DNA from: the human T2T-CHM13v2.0 reference genome, Homo sapiens
Assembly: GCF_009914755.1 (NCBI RefSeq)
Contig: NC_060930.1
DNA length: 64,000 nt
Reading direction: 5' to 3' (one strand)
A program made the position numbers and the translations under genes. Each line of letters begins with the position of its first letter. The stretch's first letter is position 1. The notes under the pieces were generated by a model, which did no database searches, was not told where the DNA came from, and saw only the letters and a list, made by a program, of their open reading frames with translations. Shown here piece by piece: positions 15,151 to 30,964 of this stretch.

Positions 15151-15432
15151 ATATTTAAAAATCTCACAATGGGACATGGAGAAATGTAGGCTGAAGATAA
15201 CAAAAATAATTTTATAGGTTTTCTCATACATAATCTCTTATTTTCTTCCTGGTATAAAACCACTAGAAATTTTTGATTTCGCCTTGGTGTTTGCTCACTA
15301 TTTCTTATTTTTCCAAACTCTTAGGATGTCATTTCTTTCTATTTTGACTCAGCATTAACAGCTTGAACAATTGATGTCTTCTCTATGGCCTTGCCCTGAT
15401 ACTATAACTGCCCATAACAAAATCATTTGTTG

Positions 15433-15624
15433 TAGCAGTGTGCTGGAGGTGGTTGTTCCCAGCACCCAAGAGTTAATTTTTTGGTCAATCCATCTTTATT
15501 AAGATGGTATTGGTAGCTTGAAATTCGTCAAGGCAAGAGCATTTGTGCCCTGAAAATCAGCCAAGGCTATAAATCAGCCCCTCCCACACGAGCCATCTGT
15601 TAAACATTTACCAACACATCACAG
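15433..15624 (+). mobile_element. MER63A-like hAT (Blackjack) DNA transposon
   Basis: Ends 'cagtgtgctgg...' and '...ttaaacatttaccaacacatcacag'; internal 'ttggtagcttgaaatt'. Confidence 0.8.
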
Positions 15625-15629
15625 TTTCT

Positions 15630-15855
15630 GGAAGTGGAAAGAACATGGAATATAGAGTTAGACATATTTAGGTTCTAATTCCAACTGTTACTAGCTATTC
15701 AACCTTAGAAAAGTATCAAAAACTCAGCTATTTATTTATAAAACAGGAAAAATGTATTTTGTTTTAAAGGTGTTAATGATTAAATGTAAGATCATATGTA
15801 ATGCCACTAGCCAATCAGGTGGAACAAAATGTATCCCTCTAAGTGTTAACTTCTT
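15630..15855 (+). mobile_element. MIR SINE
   Basis: 'gtggaaagaacatggaatatagagttagac...ggttctaattcca...gattaaatgtaagatcatatgtaa'. Confidence 0.75.
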
Positions 15856-16519
15856 TCCTCTATGTAATCAGTGAGGTTCAGAAAATAAATTGAAACTTTT
15901 TTTTTTTTCACTTTACAATACACAAGATCTGGTACTTATTTTCTGTATCCAAAAATACATACGTTTTCTTTTGGGAAATATAAAAGTAAAAGTCCAGTTT
16001 GTGTGCCTGTCAAGTACTAGTCTTCCAAAAATGGAAGAAACATTAGCATTAATTGTGGAAAGTCGGTTATTCCAAAGAAATTAAATTTCCATTTATACTT
16101 ATTTGTCAGAAAAATATCCCACATGACTTTAATTTTTTAATTGCTAAACTATGTCTAAGATTATAAACTTAACTTTTCTGTATGTGGTCAAAAATTAGAG
16201 TTTCCTATTCTTATTTCATTATATTTTACTTAGAATATGTTTTAGAGACAGCTCTCAATTAATTATTTTGAGAAAACAATTGTTGATGACAGTAAAAGTC
16301 CTCATATCCCTCTCAACCCAATTAACTTATCATGTATTCCCAAAGCCAGATATAATGAACAAAATCCCAATAATCTTGAATTCTGATTCAATTGAGAGTG
16401 TTCTCAGAGTCATACAGGATATTATCCTATGGTTTGTATGTGATTGAATGAGAGTACTTCCAAGAGTGTGTTAAATTGTAATAATATATGTACTAATCCA
16501 GAAAATATTTTCTTTTCAG

Positions 16520-16800
16520 ATGCAGCCTTGTGTAAGGCACTGTTTTAGGTATTATGTGAATTCAAAGATGAGTGAGAAATATTCTCTCCTCTTAGCAGCT
16601 CACACCTAGTAAATAATGTGTGACATGGCTCCACTGAAACAGATAAAGCCTTAGTGAAATGTTCTCATAGAATACCATAGAATTTGGAGAATAGAGCTAT
16701 TTCCAGCTTAGTGCAGATACAACACTGGTGATGGTTGGGCAAGGTAGAAGTGACTTTTTAGATTGCTCTTAAAAGATGAATGTGCTGTTAACTTGTGGTT
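16520..16800 (-). mobile_element. L2 remnant
   Basis: 'tgtgtaaggcactgttttaggta...caaagatgagtgag...gcagctcacacctag'. Confidence 0.6.
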
Positions 16801-17189
16801 TGACTGTATGGGGCAGGAGACAGGTAAAGGAGAAGAAGAAAGATTATAACTTAGTGATAGCAACTGCTAATTCAGGAAAACAGCTGTAGATTATGTAGGA
16901 AAACCAGCTAGGCAAGTGACAAACACATAACTAACTAATCTTTTTTGACACATGATTATTCTATGAAGTATTTAAAGAGCTTCATTGAACTATAATAATC
17001 TCTTTTAAATAGGCATTTTAATACAGCTTAAACAAAAACTGAGAAGAGTTTAGTACCTCATAATGTTTATTGGTAATCAAAACATGCCACTTCCTAAAAA
17101 ATGTTTCAAAGGTATGTAGTAGCATTAAAAAATATGATTTACACAAAATATGAAAGATCCTTGGTAGGTGTTGTTAGTACCGAGAATGT

Positions 17190-17285
17190 GAGATGAGGAG
17201 GGCTATGCCTTTATTCAACCTTGCCCCAAAGGCCTAGCACAGTGCTTGAAATCAGATCAGAGTTCAATATGTGTTTATTGACTCT
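17190..17285 (+). mobile_element. L2 3'-end remnant
   Basis: 'ggcctagcacagtgcttgaaatcag...ttcaatatgtgtttattga'. Confidence 0.6.
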
Positions 17286-17458
17286 CTTTTGAAACATAAA
17301 TATTAAGTATAAACTGAAGTTACATATGTATATAATATGTATAAGGTATGTTTATAACTTTTATGTGTACTATACATGTATAAATATATGTTATATATAT
17401 AAGTACATTTCTATAGAGAGTTAAAAGAGGCCTATGTAATCACGTTTTTGTAAATATT

Positions 17459-17951
17459 TGTGATGGTTAATTTTATGTGTCAACTTGAATGGGCCATAGG
17501 CTGCCCAGATTAAACATTATTTCTGGGTGTGCCTGAGATAACATTTCTGAATGAAATTAGTATTTGAATTGTTGGATTCAGCCAAGCAGAGTGCCCTCTC
17601 CAAAGTGAGAGGGCATCATCCAGTTCATTGAAGGACTGAACAGAACAAAACGATGGAGGGAGGAGGAATTTGCCCCTTTGCTTCCTGCCTGCTGAGCTGG
17701 GACATTAGTCTTCCCCTGCCCTTGGACTGGGATTTACACCATTGGCTGCCACTTCTGATTCTCAGGCATTTAGACTTGATGAGACCACCAGCTTTCCCAG
17801 GTCTCCTGCTTGCAGACAGCAGATTGTGGGACTTCTCAGCATCTATAATCGTGTAAGCCAATTCTTATAATTAATCTCTTTCTATCTAACTATCTATGGA
17901 TAGACAGATATCCTATTAGTTCTGTTTCTATGGAGAACCCTGACTAATATA
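17459..17951 (+). mobile_element. MLT2B-type ERVL solo LTR
   Basis: Starts 'tgtgatggttaattttatgtgtcaacttga', ends 'ttctgtttctatggagaaccctgactaatata'. Confidence 0.92.
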
Positions 17952-18088
17952 TGTTCTACCAGGAAATTCATAGATTCCCAATTTCTTAGAGCATATGAAG
18001 TTTTCTTGACATCTTTAACATTAAAGTGAACAAAACAGAAAACCACCACAACATATGACTTGCTTTCAATAAATATAAAATCTCAATT

Positions 18089-18131
18089 TATACATATATA
18101 TATACACACACATATATACATACACACACAC

Positions 18132-18162
<31 letters not shown>

Positions 18163-18198
18163 CACACATACACACACACACACACACATATATATATA
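18089..18198. repeat. Compound (TA)n/(CA)n microsatellite
   Basis: Read directly; abuts the Tigger3 end, so it may have expanded from the TA target site. Confidence 0.95.
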
Positions 18199-18542
18199 TT
18201 CATGTGTCACTTAATGATGGCGATATGTTCTGGGCAACATGACCTTAGGTGATTGCATCCTTGTATGGACTTCATAGAGTGTACTTATTCAAACCCAGAT
18301 AGTATATAGTCTAGTATGCACTTATAACCTATTGCTCCTGGGCTTCAAACTTGTGCAACATGATACTGTCCTGAATGCTGTAGGCAATTGTAACACAATG
18401 GTATTTGTATATCCAAACATGTCTTATTATAGAAAAGGTAGAGTAGAAATGCCATATTATAACCTTATGAGATTACCATTGTATATTGCCTGTCACTGAC
18501 CAAAAAAACAAAAAACCCTATCTTATTCAGTGAGTAACTGTA
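18199..18542 (-). mobile_element. Tigger3a-like TcMar DNA transposon
   Basis: 'catgtgtcacttaatgatggcgatatgttctg...gtaggcaattgtaacacaatggtatttg...actgta'. Confidence 0.85.
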
Positions 18543-18664
18543 ATTAATGATTTTCTTCAATAGCATTCATTACCATTTATTTACAAATTTTGTTTCTATT
18601 GGATATGTGCATACTGCTTAATTATTAGGAATTTTGCCAGTTTATTCTCAATTTAAGTTTTTAA

Positions 18665-18860
18665 AAAATACAAGCATATTTATTAAATGATTACCATATG
18701 TTCACATGCAGGCACTGATTACAGAGCTAAATGAAACACTGTGTTACTTTCAAGGTCCTTACAGTTTAGAAGGGGTGACAGTCATAAATAAATGACTATA
18801 ATAAAAATATGATAAATGATAATTATGAAATTTTGTATAAAGTAGTATGAAAATTTACAT
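18665..18860 (-). mobile_element. L2 remnant
   Basis: 'atatttattaaatgattaccatatg...tttcaaggtccttacagtttag'. Confidence 0.55.
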
Positions 18861-19792
18861 AAATGAATAATAAATTTCCCTCTGTGTTTATCCTATTTAA
18901 ATGTAACCTTTTGAATGGTAAAAATATTAATTAAAATTATAATACAATTCTTTTTTTCCTACAAATATTTGAAATATCCTATAAATTAGGAGATAAAATA
19001 TATCCAACAATACAAACTCATCAACAGCGAATAATGATCACAAGTGAGGATGCTATTTTTTCCCAGAACAGCTTATGATATGATGATTTTTCCTAATTTA
19101 TGACTTGCACTATAGTTCTAAGTCAGTATTCATTCTTTTAAACTTTGATGCTGTACCAGAGAAGCTTATACAAAGTCCAAAAGCGATATATCATCTCGTG
19201 GTTTCAGAGCTTCTGTGGCTCCCCTTAAGAATTAAATACCGTTTATGAGCATTTTCATATTCATGAATTATATTTATTAGAAAGTTTTATTGCTTAATAA
19301 CCTTTGGGCACATTTACAAAAGTATTATGACAATCTCTACTATGGCAGCTTCCATTTAATAGACAGTATAAAACAAAACATACTTAGGAACATGAAACAC
19401 AAATAAAAAACTGTTCCAGATAAAATCTGTTCTAAATCTCAGGAATTTAAGAAGAGATTCTGGTATTTCAAAATGTATCTTGGCTGTGGAGAATATAGTC
19501 ATATTTTTTGTCTCTCTCTCTCTCTGCCCCTTCTTTGGATATGTGGAAGGTTAAAAGCATACATAAGCCTACCACAGAGAGTGGAGAATAAAACCAAAAG
19601 CAAAACCAATAGGCACTGGTTCAGTTTTTCAAATGAGGCTACACAATTACATGGGAACCAAGAGTGCTGGTTCATTGAGGTCAGCATGTGTTTGAAGCTA
19701 CTCTACTAATCTTTAGCATTCCTGTTTCAAGTGGAAATACTATACTACTATTTAAATGAGTTGGTACCTTTTTCTTGGATGGAGGAATCTAG

Positions 19793-20093
<301 letters not shown>

Positions 20094-20199
20094 TCTAGTC
20101 TGTATCTTGATTGAGGTCACGCAGAATGGGAGTGAGGGACACTGTTCATGTCCATGTTAGGAAAACGTTTCTTATGTCTCTGTGTGTTATGGGTGCATT

Positions 20200-22175
20200 C
20201 ACATTAGATAGTAATTAATGTCATTTGCCATATTAACAGACTAAAAAAAATATATATGTCAACTTAATAGGTGTTTTCTTAAAACAATCAGCATTTTATA
20301 AAATCCAACATCTAAAACTGAAAAAAAAATGTCATCAACATTGGACAAAGATGAGATACATCTTTGAAAAACCTACAGTGGACATCAATGGAAAGTAAAA
20401 TACATAATGTTTTTCCCCCGTAAGATCAGGAATAATTCAAAGATGCCCTCCATCACACTTCCAGTAAATATTGTTTTGGAGGTTTAAATAGTGTGACAAC
20501 AAAAGAAATGCAAATCGTTCACATTAAAAAAGAAGTGTAACTTTTTATTCACAAGTAACATAATCATAAAGGTAGTATCAATAAAACAAGTAAGAACTAA
20601 TAAGCGAATTAGTTTTTTTTTTGCAGTGTTCTATGATAAAATGCCCATATTCAAATATCAGTTGTATTTCTATACACTGGCAATGAACAATTCAAAACTT
20701 AAGTAATAAGACAGCAGTAGGATTTATAGTAATATCAAGAACTATAATCTGCTGGAGAATAAAAATACTAAAACATGTAAGATGTTTACACTGAAAACTA
20801 GAAAATATTGCTGAAAGAAACTGAAGAATATCTAAATTAATTGAGATACATAATGTGTTCATGTATCACATTATTAAAGAGGTTAATTTTTTTCAAATTG
20901 ATCTATGGTTACATCATAATTCTAATAAAATTTCAAGCAGAATCATTTTGTAGAAATCAACATACTCATTCAAATAACCACAGGGAAATGCGAAAGATCT
21001 AAAATAGCCCAAACAACCTGAAGAAGAGGATGACACTGGACAACTATAATTATACTAACTGATTTTAAGAGTTACTACGAAGCTAAATAATCAAGATTCT
21101 GATTTATTATAACAAAAATAGGCAAAGCAATGTGAAAGAGAATAGAGGTCAGATATAGACTAACACATATGGTCAACTGATTTTCAAAAATTTCAATGTT
21201 AATTCACCAAAAAAAAATTTTTTTTCCATTAAACTTTTTCTTAGCTATCCATATAAAAATGAATTTCAATCCTGTATTATATCATATATTAAAAAACTCA
21301 AAATGAATCTTAGACCTAAATATGAAGGATAAAATTTAAGATTTATCAAAGAAAAAAATAGGAACATATCTTTGTGACTTCAGGCTGGGAATAAAATGTT
21401 TTAGATGCAATATCAAAAGCACGATCTATAAAAGAAAAATAACTGGTTAACTGAACGTCATAAAAGTTAAGAGCTGCTCTTTGAAAGAAACTGCTAAAAA
21501 AATAAGCATGCCACTTATAGGGAGAAAATAATTGCAAATCATATATCTAGTAAATAAATTATATCAAGAAAGTATGAGGCTTATCAAATCTCAATAATAA
21601 GGTAACAATAAACCCAATTAAAAAGTGAATAAAATATTTGAACACTTCGCACACACACACACACACACACACATGCACAAGGATTGAAAATAAATGCACA
21701 AAAATGCTTAGCATCATTATTCCTTGGAGAAAGGCAAATTAAAATCATAAGTAAATAGAACTTCAAGTCTCTTAGAATGACTAAAATAAAATTTTAAATG
21801 TCTAACTAAAAATATGTCCTAGCAAAGATATGGAGTATCTAAAACTCTCATAACGCTGGTGGGAATATAAGATAATACACTCTGGAAAATAGTTTGACGG
21901 TTCCTTAAACATATACCTAACATAGGATCTAGCCATTCCATTACTAGGTGCTAACCCAATAGAAATAAAAGCATATTGTCATACAAAAACTTTAAACGAA
22001 TATTCAGAGCACCTTAATTTGTAAAAGCCCCAAACTGGAAGCAATCCAAATGTCAAACAGAAGGTGAGTGGGTAAACTATGGTATATCCAAACTGGAATA
22101 CTGCATATTAAATAAAAGGAATGAGCTATTGGTACAATCACCAGCATAATGAATTTCAAAATAATTATTTTGATA
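20200..22175 (+). mobile_element. Old L1M ORF2 3' half and start of 3'UTR
   Basis: 'gtaagatcaggaataattcaaagatgcc', 'atatggtcaactgattttc', 'ctctggaaaatagtttgac'; contains (CA)n at ~21650-21673. Confidence 0.85.
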
Positions 22176-22272
22176 TTTAAAGGCTAGGTATTTAGAGATC
22201 TGACTGAGAAGAAAATTTTCAGGCAAAGAACCAGCATACAAATGGACTGTATTTAAGGACATCAACTCTCTC

Positions 22273-22398
22273 TTTTTTTTGGCGGGGGACAGAGTGTCAC
22301 TCTGTCATCCAGGCTGCAGTGCAGTGGCATGATTGTGGCTCACAGCAACCTCTACCTCCCAGGATCAAGCAATTCTCTTGCCTCAGTCTCCTGAGTAG
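22273..22398 (-). mobile_element. Alu right-arm fragment (AluJ/FRAM-like)
   Basis: Antisense 'acagagtgtcactctgtcatccaggctgcagtgcagtggc...cctcagtctcctgagtag'. Confidence 0.85.
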
Positions 22399-23086
22399 AC
22401 AGAATAAGTGATTTTAATAACCTTTCAGGTCCCTGGAAATCTTCCTTTGGAAGAGTCCACAACACATTATCTCAGTCTACTTAAAATTCAATTTAATGAT
22501 ATCCATATGTTTTATAAAGACAGAGGGAAATTTATGTACTTATTTTGTATCTGTAGATATTCAACACCTATTAATATTCATTTGGCTGATGGCAAAGTTT
22601 TCCCTAGTATTTAAGGTCAATAAACTTCATTCTTTCTCACAGATATCAACTGTTCTTCCAGGCTCTTGTAAAGGATATTAGGTGAAGGAACTCTTTTTAT
22701 AGTGCCTACTAAAAAAAAAAAAGTAATAATTTAGGGGATAAGTTAACCCACTAGAAAGATGGAAGAAACAAGTTATTTTTTTCTGGAAATGGAGAATATG
22801 AGCAGCTGATTTTTTTAAAGAGTTGTTAAAAATGCAAATGCTTAAAACACACCCCTCCCTCGCACTTATTAAGCACTCAATAAATGCTATTTTAAAATAT
22901 GAGCTTTTGGTTATACTCAGTGCTGTGTAATATTGAGTTCGATGTTCCCTCTCTCAGCTCATGTATTTACTAGCTAAGCAACCTTCACACAACTGTATAT
23001 TACTTAACAGTTTTTTTAATTGCGAAAGTAACATGATATAGTCAACTTATAATCTTAAAAACAATATACAGCATATGGCAAAGTAG

Positions 23087-23462
<376 letters not shown>

Positions 23463-23489
23463 CATATTTAATCTTTATAGGCACTATCA

Positions 23490-23640
23490 CATTTAACCCT
23501 GTGAAAGTCATGCTTTATTAGGCCTATTTTAATAAGGAATGTGATGCATACAGTATAAAATTTTTTTTTCAAATTCATATAGCCAGCAAATGGCAGAATT
23601 CAGATTTAAAGCTTTCAGTATGACTCGAGCACCTATTACC
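23490..23640 (-). mobile_element. MIR remnant
   Basis: 'atagccagcaaatggcagaattcagatttaaa'. Confidence 0.55.
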
Positions 23641-25175
23641 TTATCCTTTGTAGATGACATTTTAAATTATTCAGCTAAATTCCAAAATTATAAGCTATTT
23701 TTCAATTAAGGACTTATTTACTAGATATTATGGGTGATCACACTACTGTGGAACACTTCTAATTTAAACTAATTTACAAGATGCTAATGTATGAATTTAA
23801 AAAATTTTATTTGGGGTTTGGTGGGGGTATGAATGCAGCATTATTCCATGGATAAGCCGGAATCCTTGAGTAGGAATTCCATACTTGAAAATCAACCCCA
23901 AATAAGAATCCTACCAAAAAGTTAATTAAAGGAAAGACAACAGAAAGCATCTGGTGAATCTGTATTTGTTTGTATATTTGTAGCAAGAAATAATTTGGCA
24001 GTCAATACTCAGGTTGGGAAATATATTTTGTGCAAAGAATGATATAACGCCAAAGATAACAAGATAACTGGCAAACAGGAAAGTATTCTACTCTCTCAAA
24101 ATACACTGGGAACATATTTCAGAATCAGCATCTTAGAAGCAGATTTCTTCTTGATGATTTGTGTATCTTGAAAATAAATTAGGAATGTACACAATATTCT
24201 ATTACAGCACTTCAAACCTCTAATTTTAGCTTCATAAGAAACCCTAAAAGTCTGAAACTATTTGTCAGGTGGTGATACACTGAGTACTGTATTATGTTCT
24301 CTTGGCAGTGTATTGAAATATTTGTAATTTTCATGTTTTATAGTTCCCTGAAATCATTAGCACACTTTCATTTTAGAGGCTGTGCTAAATTCAGCACTAG
24401 AGTCAATAGAAGGAGAAAATGAAAGTGAGGGGTAAGATTCATTTTAATAGTTGGAGAAGTCGACTGGGAAAATGATCTGTCAGTATTTTTCTGGAACACA
24501 ATGTTCTATGTAATTAGATTGGTGGAATAAAGGGAGATAGAAAGGACAAAACAGAGATGTTCTTTGGGGAATAATTAGCTTCAAGAATGCAGTTAAAACT
24601 ATGTGAGCGTAAAAAGTTGCATAGTCAAATCTTGAGGGAAAAGAAGAAAGAATATAGAAAGATGAAGAGCTATTGAGAAGGACATCTTTATAGAAGTTGA
24701 GGGCAAAGGGTAGGCCTTAGAAGTAATAGAATATTTTTGTAACTAGAACTGAATCTTTAAACAATTGTTTTTGTTGTTGTTTGTTAGACTATGTATGCTT
24801 ATATTACATTAATCTCTTCTACATTTCATTTTAAATTATGAAAGAATTCAGTACTTTGCTCACACTTTTGTTAAATTACAGAGCCCTTGAAAAGAAAACT
24901 GCATCTTTTAGTTGAATTTTGCATAACATAATGCACATTACACCATTTAATATACAACACAGAATAAGAAAGTCTTATAAGTTTTTAGGAAGATATTATA
25001 GATCACAGGTAATTTTATTTTTATGTATTGTTTGCCAAGTTCAGTTTCAAATTTTACGCTTTGCCTACTGACAGGTGGGTCACTTGCCATCTGCCCAATA
25101 CACATCCTGTAGGAAGTTGCAAGTAATGCTAAGGGTCTGGAAATGTTGCCTCAGGTAGCCCACTACCAGAGTGTT

Positions 25176-25761
25176 GTGATGGTTAATATTAGGTGTCAAC
25201 TTGATCAGACTGAGGGATGCTTACATGGCTAGTAACTTATTGTTTCTAGTGTGTTTCTGAGGGTGTTGCCAGAGGAGATTGACATTTGCGTTGGTGGACT
25301 GGGAGAGGAAGACTCACCTTCAGTGTGGGTGGGGAAAATCCAATCGGCTGCCAGTGCAACTAGAACAAAGCAGGTGGAAAAAGGTGGGATAAGTTTGCTT
25401 ATCCCGCCTATGAGTCTTCTGGTTTTCTTTCTTTCTTCTTCCCATGCCAGATGCTTGCTTCCACTCCCCCTTCCACTGGACATCAGACTCCAGGTTATTT
25501 GGCCTTTGAATTCTGGGACTTGCAACAGTGACTTCATGCGGTCTCTCTGACCTTCAGCCACAGATTGAAGGCTGCACTGTTAGCTTCCCTGGTTTTGAAG
25601 CTTTCTGACTTGGACTGACTGGCTTCCCTCTTTCCCTAGCTTGCCTATCATAAGATTTCACTGTGTAATCTTGTGAGCCAGTTCTACCAAGTAACCTAAT
25701 AAGCTTCCTTTAAAGTAAATATGTATCCTATTGGTTCTGTCCCTCTGGAAAACCCTCATAC
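25176..25761 (+). mobile_element. MLT2A/B-type ERVL solo LTR
   Basis: 'tgtgatggttaatattaggtgtcaacttga...tatcctattggttctgtccctctggaaaaccctcataca'. Confidence 0.92.
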
Positions 25762-28700
25762 AAGAGGTTTTTTTTTTTTTTTTTGTCTCAGATTTTATGT
25801 TTAAAACCTATCTGAATCATATGTGTTATTACAATAATATATGTACTTTAATATAAATATTTTACCCTATATATATGCATTAAATCAAGGGGTATAAAGA
25901 CAATCCAAATTTATCATATGGCCTTGCCAAACTTTCTGGAATATCTTGAATACTCAGATGTTAATCACAGTTTGAGAAGAATGATGAAGTGGAAAGAGAC
26001 TTAAAAATAGACGCAGGGGAGCTACTTCCAGTATGACAACATGAGGAGCTCCACGAACCTATTCTTCCGTGAAGTTGTTGAAAACTGTAAAAATTACAGC
26101 CATCTAATTTTCTGGAAATGGCCCTAAAGATATATAGTAAATAAATATGTATTTATGCAAGAAAATCAATGAGAACTTGATAAGAATTAACAGACTCTAT
26201 GGTATCTGAACCAGGATCCTTGCTTTCCCTCCTCCCACAATGGAAACTCTACTTCGCAGTGTTACAACTAAGAGCACAGAGATCTCTCCCCACCCAACTC
26301 CCAGTCAGAGTGATATCTTTCTGCAAGGGGAGAACACCAGGATTTCTCATCTTGTTCCCAGTTATCTGTTACTCAGACTATGTTTCAGGTGAGTGTGGTG
26401 AGAGGTAAGCACCGCTTTTTTTCCACCTAGCCCCCATATGTTGTTTGGAGGCTCTATCTTGGGAGTGGCACTGCTGAGAATGTGAGGACATCATTCCCAC
26501 TTGCCCTGGTTTATGGGGTGCAGGTTTCACACCAAGAAACAAACCAAGAAACCTGGCACTGTTGTTATTTCCACCATCAATCACTCAACTCCTAAAAGGA
26601 GGGTGTCACTCAGAGAAGCACAGCCATTGCCCTCAATACCAACTGTACGGCCATGCCCAGGGTCATGGGGGTAAGGGGAACATACTGTAGAACAGAAGGT
26701 TCAAAAGCCTTCTCCAAAAAGCTTCATTCTTTTGCAATAGAGTATGGAGACTTTCCATCCTAAGGGTACACTTTAAAAAAAAAAGGTGGATAATGTAGAG
26801 AAAGGCAACTGGAACCAGATTGATAGCTTCATTGTAGACAGAGGCTAAGCCTACATAGACCTACTAGTTTGCTGGAGGTAAATATGGAATAAATATCTAG
26901 GAAGAAACTTTCTGGAGTTAGAATAAATACGAGACATTGACCTCAGGAATTTTCCCTTCAAAGAAATCAGAATTTATGGGATTGGTATGTGAATCAATAT
27001 ATATCCCAGGGCATTGTTGGGCAAAAAAATAGAGCAATCAGTCTGTAATCAGTAGAGGCTAATAACTGGGTGCAGTCAGAAAAAAGAAGACAACTTTGTC
27101 AAAACCACAGATATCCCAAGGTGACAGTGGGAATATCCAAAGCCACATTCCCCGAGGAGCAACATCAGAGACTTAGCACTGAGTAGAGTATTCACTAAAA
27201 TACCCCAAACACGTACTAAACAAGCAAAAAAGCAAATAACAAGAATAAGCCTTGGGGAAAGGGAAGGAGGTGACTACCACCCTGAGTTGCTACAATATAA
27301 CATCACAAATGTCCAGTTTCCAATGCAAAAGTATGAGACAACAGAAACAGAAAAAAATGACCCATAATCTGGGGTAAAACAACAGGCAACATAAGCTGCC
27401 CGTGAAAGTGATCCAGATTTGGGGATTAACAAAAATTTCCATTATAAACTTGTTTGAAGAAGTAAAGAAAACAATGATAAAGTACATAAAGGAAGTTACG
27501 GTAATGGTATCTCATTAAATAAAGAATATCAATAAAGAGATAGACAGTATAAAAAGAACCAAATGGATATTCTGGAGTTAAAGTGTAAAATAACTAAAAT
27601 GAAAAATTTACTAGAAGGCCTTAATAGTAGACATAAACTGGCAGAAGACTTAGTGAACTTGAATATTGACCAATGGAAATTATGCAATCAGAAAACCAGA
27701 GAAATTAGTGAAAAAAATTTAACAGAGCTTCAGAGACATGTTGGTCACCTTTAAGTGCATTAATATACATATAGTAGGAGAATCAGTGTGGGTAGAGAGA
27801 AATAAAGAATCAGAAAAAGAAATTAAAATAAATAATTGCTGGAATGTCTCAAATTTTTTGAAAAATATTAATCTATGCATTTAAAAATCTCAAAGAACTT
27901 CAAGTAGACTGAAGACAGTAACTCATAGTAAAGGAACACATGAAGAGAATCAGAAATGATATATAAGAAAATTAAAATAATGAAATCTATAAATATGTAT
28001 TATACTTACTTATTTCTTCTTTGAATGACAAAATCATGTAAAGTAATAATTATAACTGTATTGTTGAATGCATAATATTCATAGATATAATTTGTAGAAC
28101 AATAATACCCAAAGTGAATAGAGCTATATGGGGGAAAAATTTACATATTTCACTGAAATTAAGTGAATGTGAATATAAAGATGTAGCTGAAAAGATATAG
28201 GGGGCAAGTCCTAGGTCAACCATTAAGGTAAACACTGAAAGAGTAAATAATTAAAATTATTAAAGTGTTACATTATAAAATATTCACTTAAAGCAAAAAA
28301 AGATATTAAAGGAGGATAGAGGAACAAAAATGACATGCCACATATAGAGAACAAAAGGTAAAATGGCAGATGTAAATCCAATTATATCCACAGTAATATT
28401 AAATTGGAATACATTAAACAATCCAATGAAAAGGCAAATTGCCAGACAGGATTAAAGCAAAACAACACAAAATAAGCATCAATCATATTCTGTCTACAAG
28501 GGACATATTTCTGATTCAAAGATGCAATAGTGTGAAAGTGAAAGCTGGAAAAGATATTTCATGCAAACTGCCATCACAAGAAAGATATAGTGGCTCTACT
28601 GACATCAGATAAAAAGCCTTAAAAACGAATTTTAAAAAGTTTCTAGAGAGATAAAGAGGAATATTTTATAATAATAAAAACATCTACCACAAGGATATAA

Positions 28701-29711
28701 CAATTGTAAACATATATGCAATTAAAAACAGAGTGCCAAAATACATGAAACAAAAAAAAAGCAGTAAAGACACAGTTTGACAGCAATAATTGGAAAGTTC
28801 AATACCTCAATTTCAATAATGGATAAAAAATCTAGTAAAGATTAACAAGAAAATAAATGACTTGAACAACATTATAAACCAGCTGGTCATCTTTAGAACA
28901 CCATAAATGTCTGTGAAACCTGCCACCTAAGAGCAACAGAACACAAGTTTTTCTACAGTAAAGTTGAAAACTCACAAGGTAGACCATGTGCTTGGCCCAA
29001 AATAAACTTCAATAGATTTTAAAAACTACAAATGATGTGAAGTGTCTTCTCTAACCACAGCTGAATAAAATTAGATATCAATTAGAGAAAGAAATTTGGA
29101 AAACTCACAAACATGTGAAAATAAAACCACATATTCCTAAATAATCAATGAGTCGAAGATGAAACCAAAAGGAAATTTTGAAATTACTATCAGATTAATG
29201 AAAATAAAGGAACAACATGTTCAAACATATAGTATGTAACTAAAGCAGTGATTACAGGGAGATTAATAACTGTATATACCTTTATTTAGAAAGAATAAAG
29301 ATCTGAAATCAATTTTCCACTTGCATGATGAGGACACTGGGGAAAAAAGAGAAAACTATGTAAAGCAAGCAGAAAGCATAATAGAATAAAAGTTAGAGAG
29401 GGAATTAATGAAATAAATAATAGAAAAACAATAGAGAAAATCAATTGCATTGAAAACTGAGTTTTAGAAAAAGATTAACAAATCGACAAACCTTATCCAG
29501 GTAGATCAATTAAGAAGAGAAAATTCTCAAGTTACTAGAATTAGAAATGAGGAAGGCAACATTATAACCAACTTCAAGGAAATTAAAAAATGTTGTAAAA
29601 GAGTACTATGAATATTTGAATGCCAACTAATTACACAACTTTGTTAAAATGGAAAAATTCCCAGAAAGATGCAAACTACCAAAAATGATTTCAGATTAAA
29701 AATACAAGTTG

Positions 29712-30080
<369 letters not shown>

Positions 30081-30964
30081 CTATCCACACAAGAATATGC
30101 CAGCCTCAGATGACTTCACTGGTGAATTCTACCAAAAGTTTAAAGAATTAAAAATTCTTTTCAAACTCTTCCAAAATTACAAGAGGGGAGTACCACCTTA
30201 TTTTGTAAGGCCAGTAATACCCTGACCCCGATACTAAAACCAAACAAAGGCATCGCAAGAAAATTACAGACTGTTAAGTATGAAAACAGATGCAAAAATC
30301 CTGGACAGCATACAAGCAAACTGAATCCAACCACATATAAAAAGTGTTATGCAACATTATAAATAAATGAATTTATTCCAGAAATTTAAAGTTGTTTTAC
30401 TTATTCCAAAGCAAATTAATGTAATGTACAATATCAATGGTATTAAAAAGAAAAACCACATGATCATCTAAATGGATAGACGATAAGCATTTGAAAAAAA
30501 TCCAAAACCATTTCTTAATAGAAACACTCAACAAACTAAAATCAGAAGGAACGTTATTCTGATTAATTAGACCTACGATAACCCATAGATAACATCATCC
30601 TTAATGGTGAAAGACTGTATGCTTTCCTGAGATCCTTCAGATCCCTAAGATTAGGAACAAGACAACAATGTTATTTTTACCACTGCTATTCAACACTGTA
30701 CTGGTTCTAGCCAGGATAATTAGGACAGGGATTAAATAAAAAGCATAAATAGTGGAAAAGAAGAAGTAAAACTATTCCTATTTATAAAGACACATAGTCT
30801 TACACACAGAAAATTGTAAAGAATTAATTTTTAAAAAACTGTTAGAGTTAACGCTAGTTGATGAGTTCAGCAAATTTGCAAGATATATTAACAGACAATA
30901 ATCAGTTGCATTTCCACATACTTGAAATAAACAATCCAAAAATGAAAGTATGAAAATAATCCCG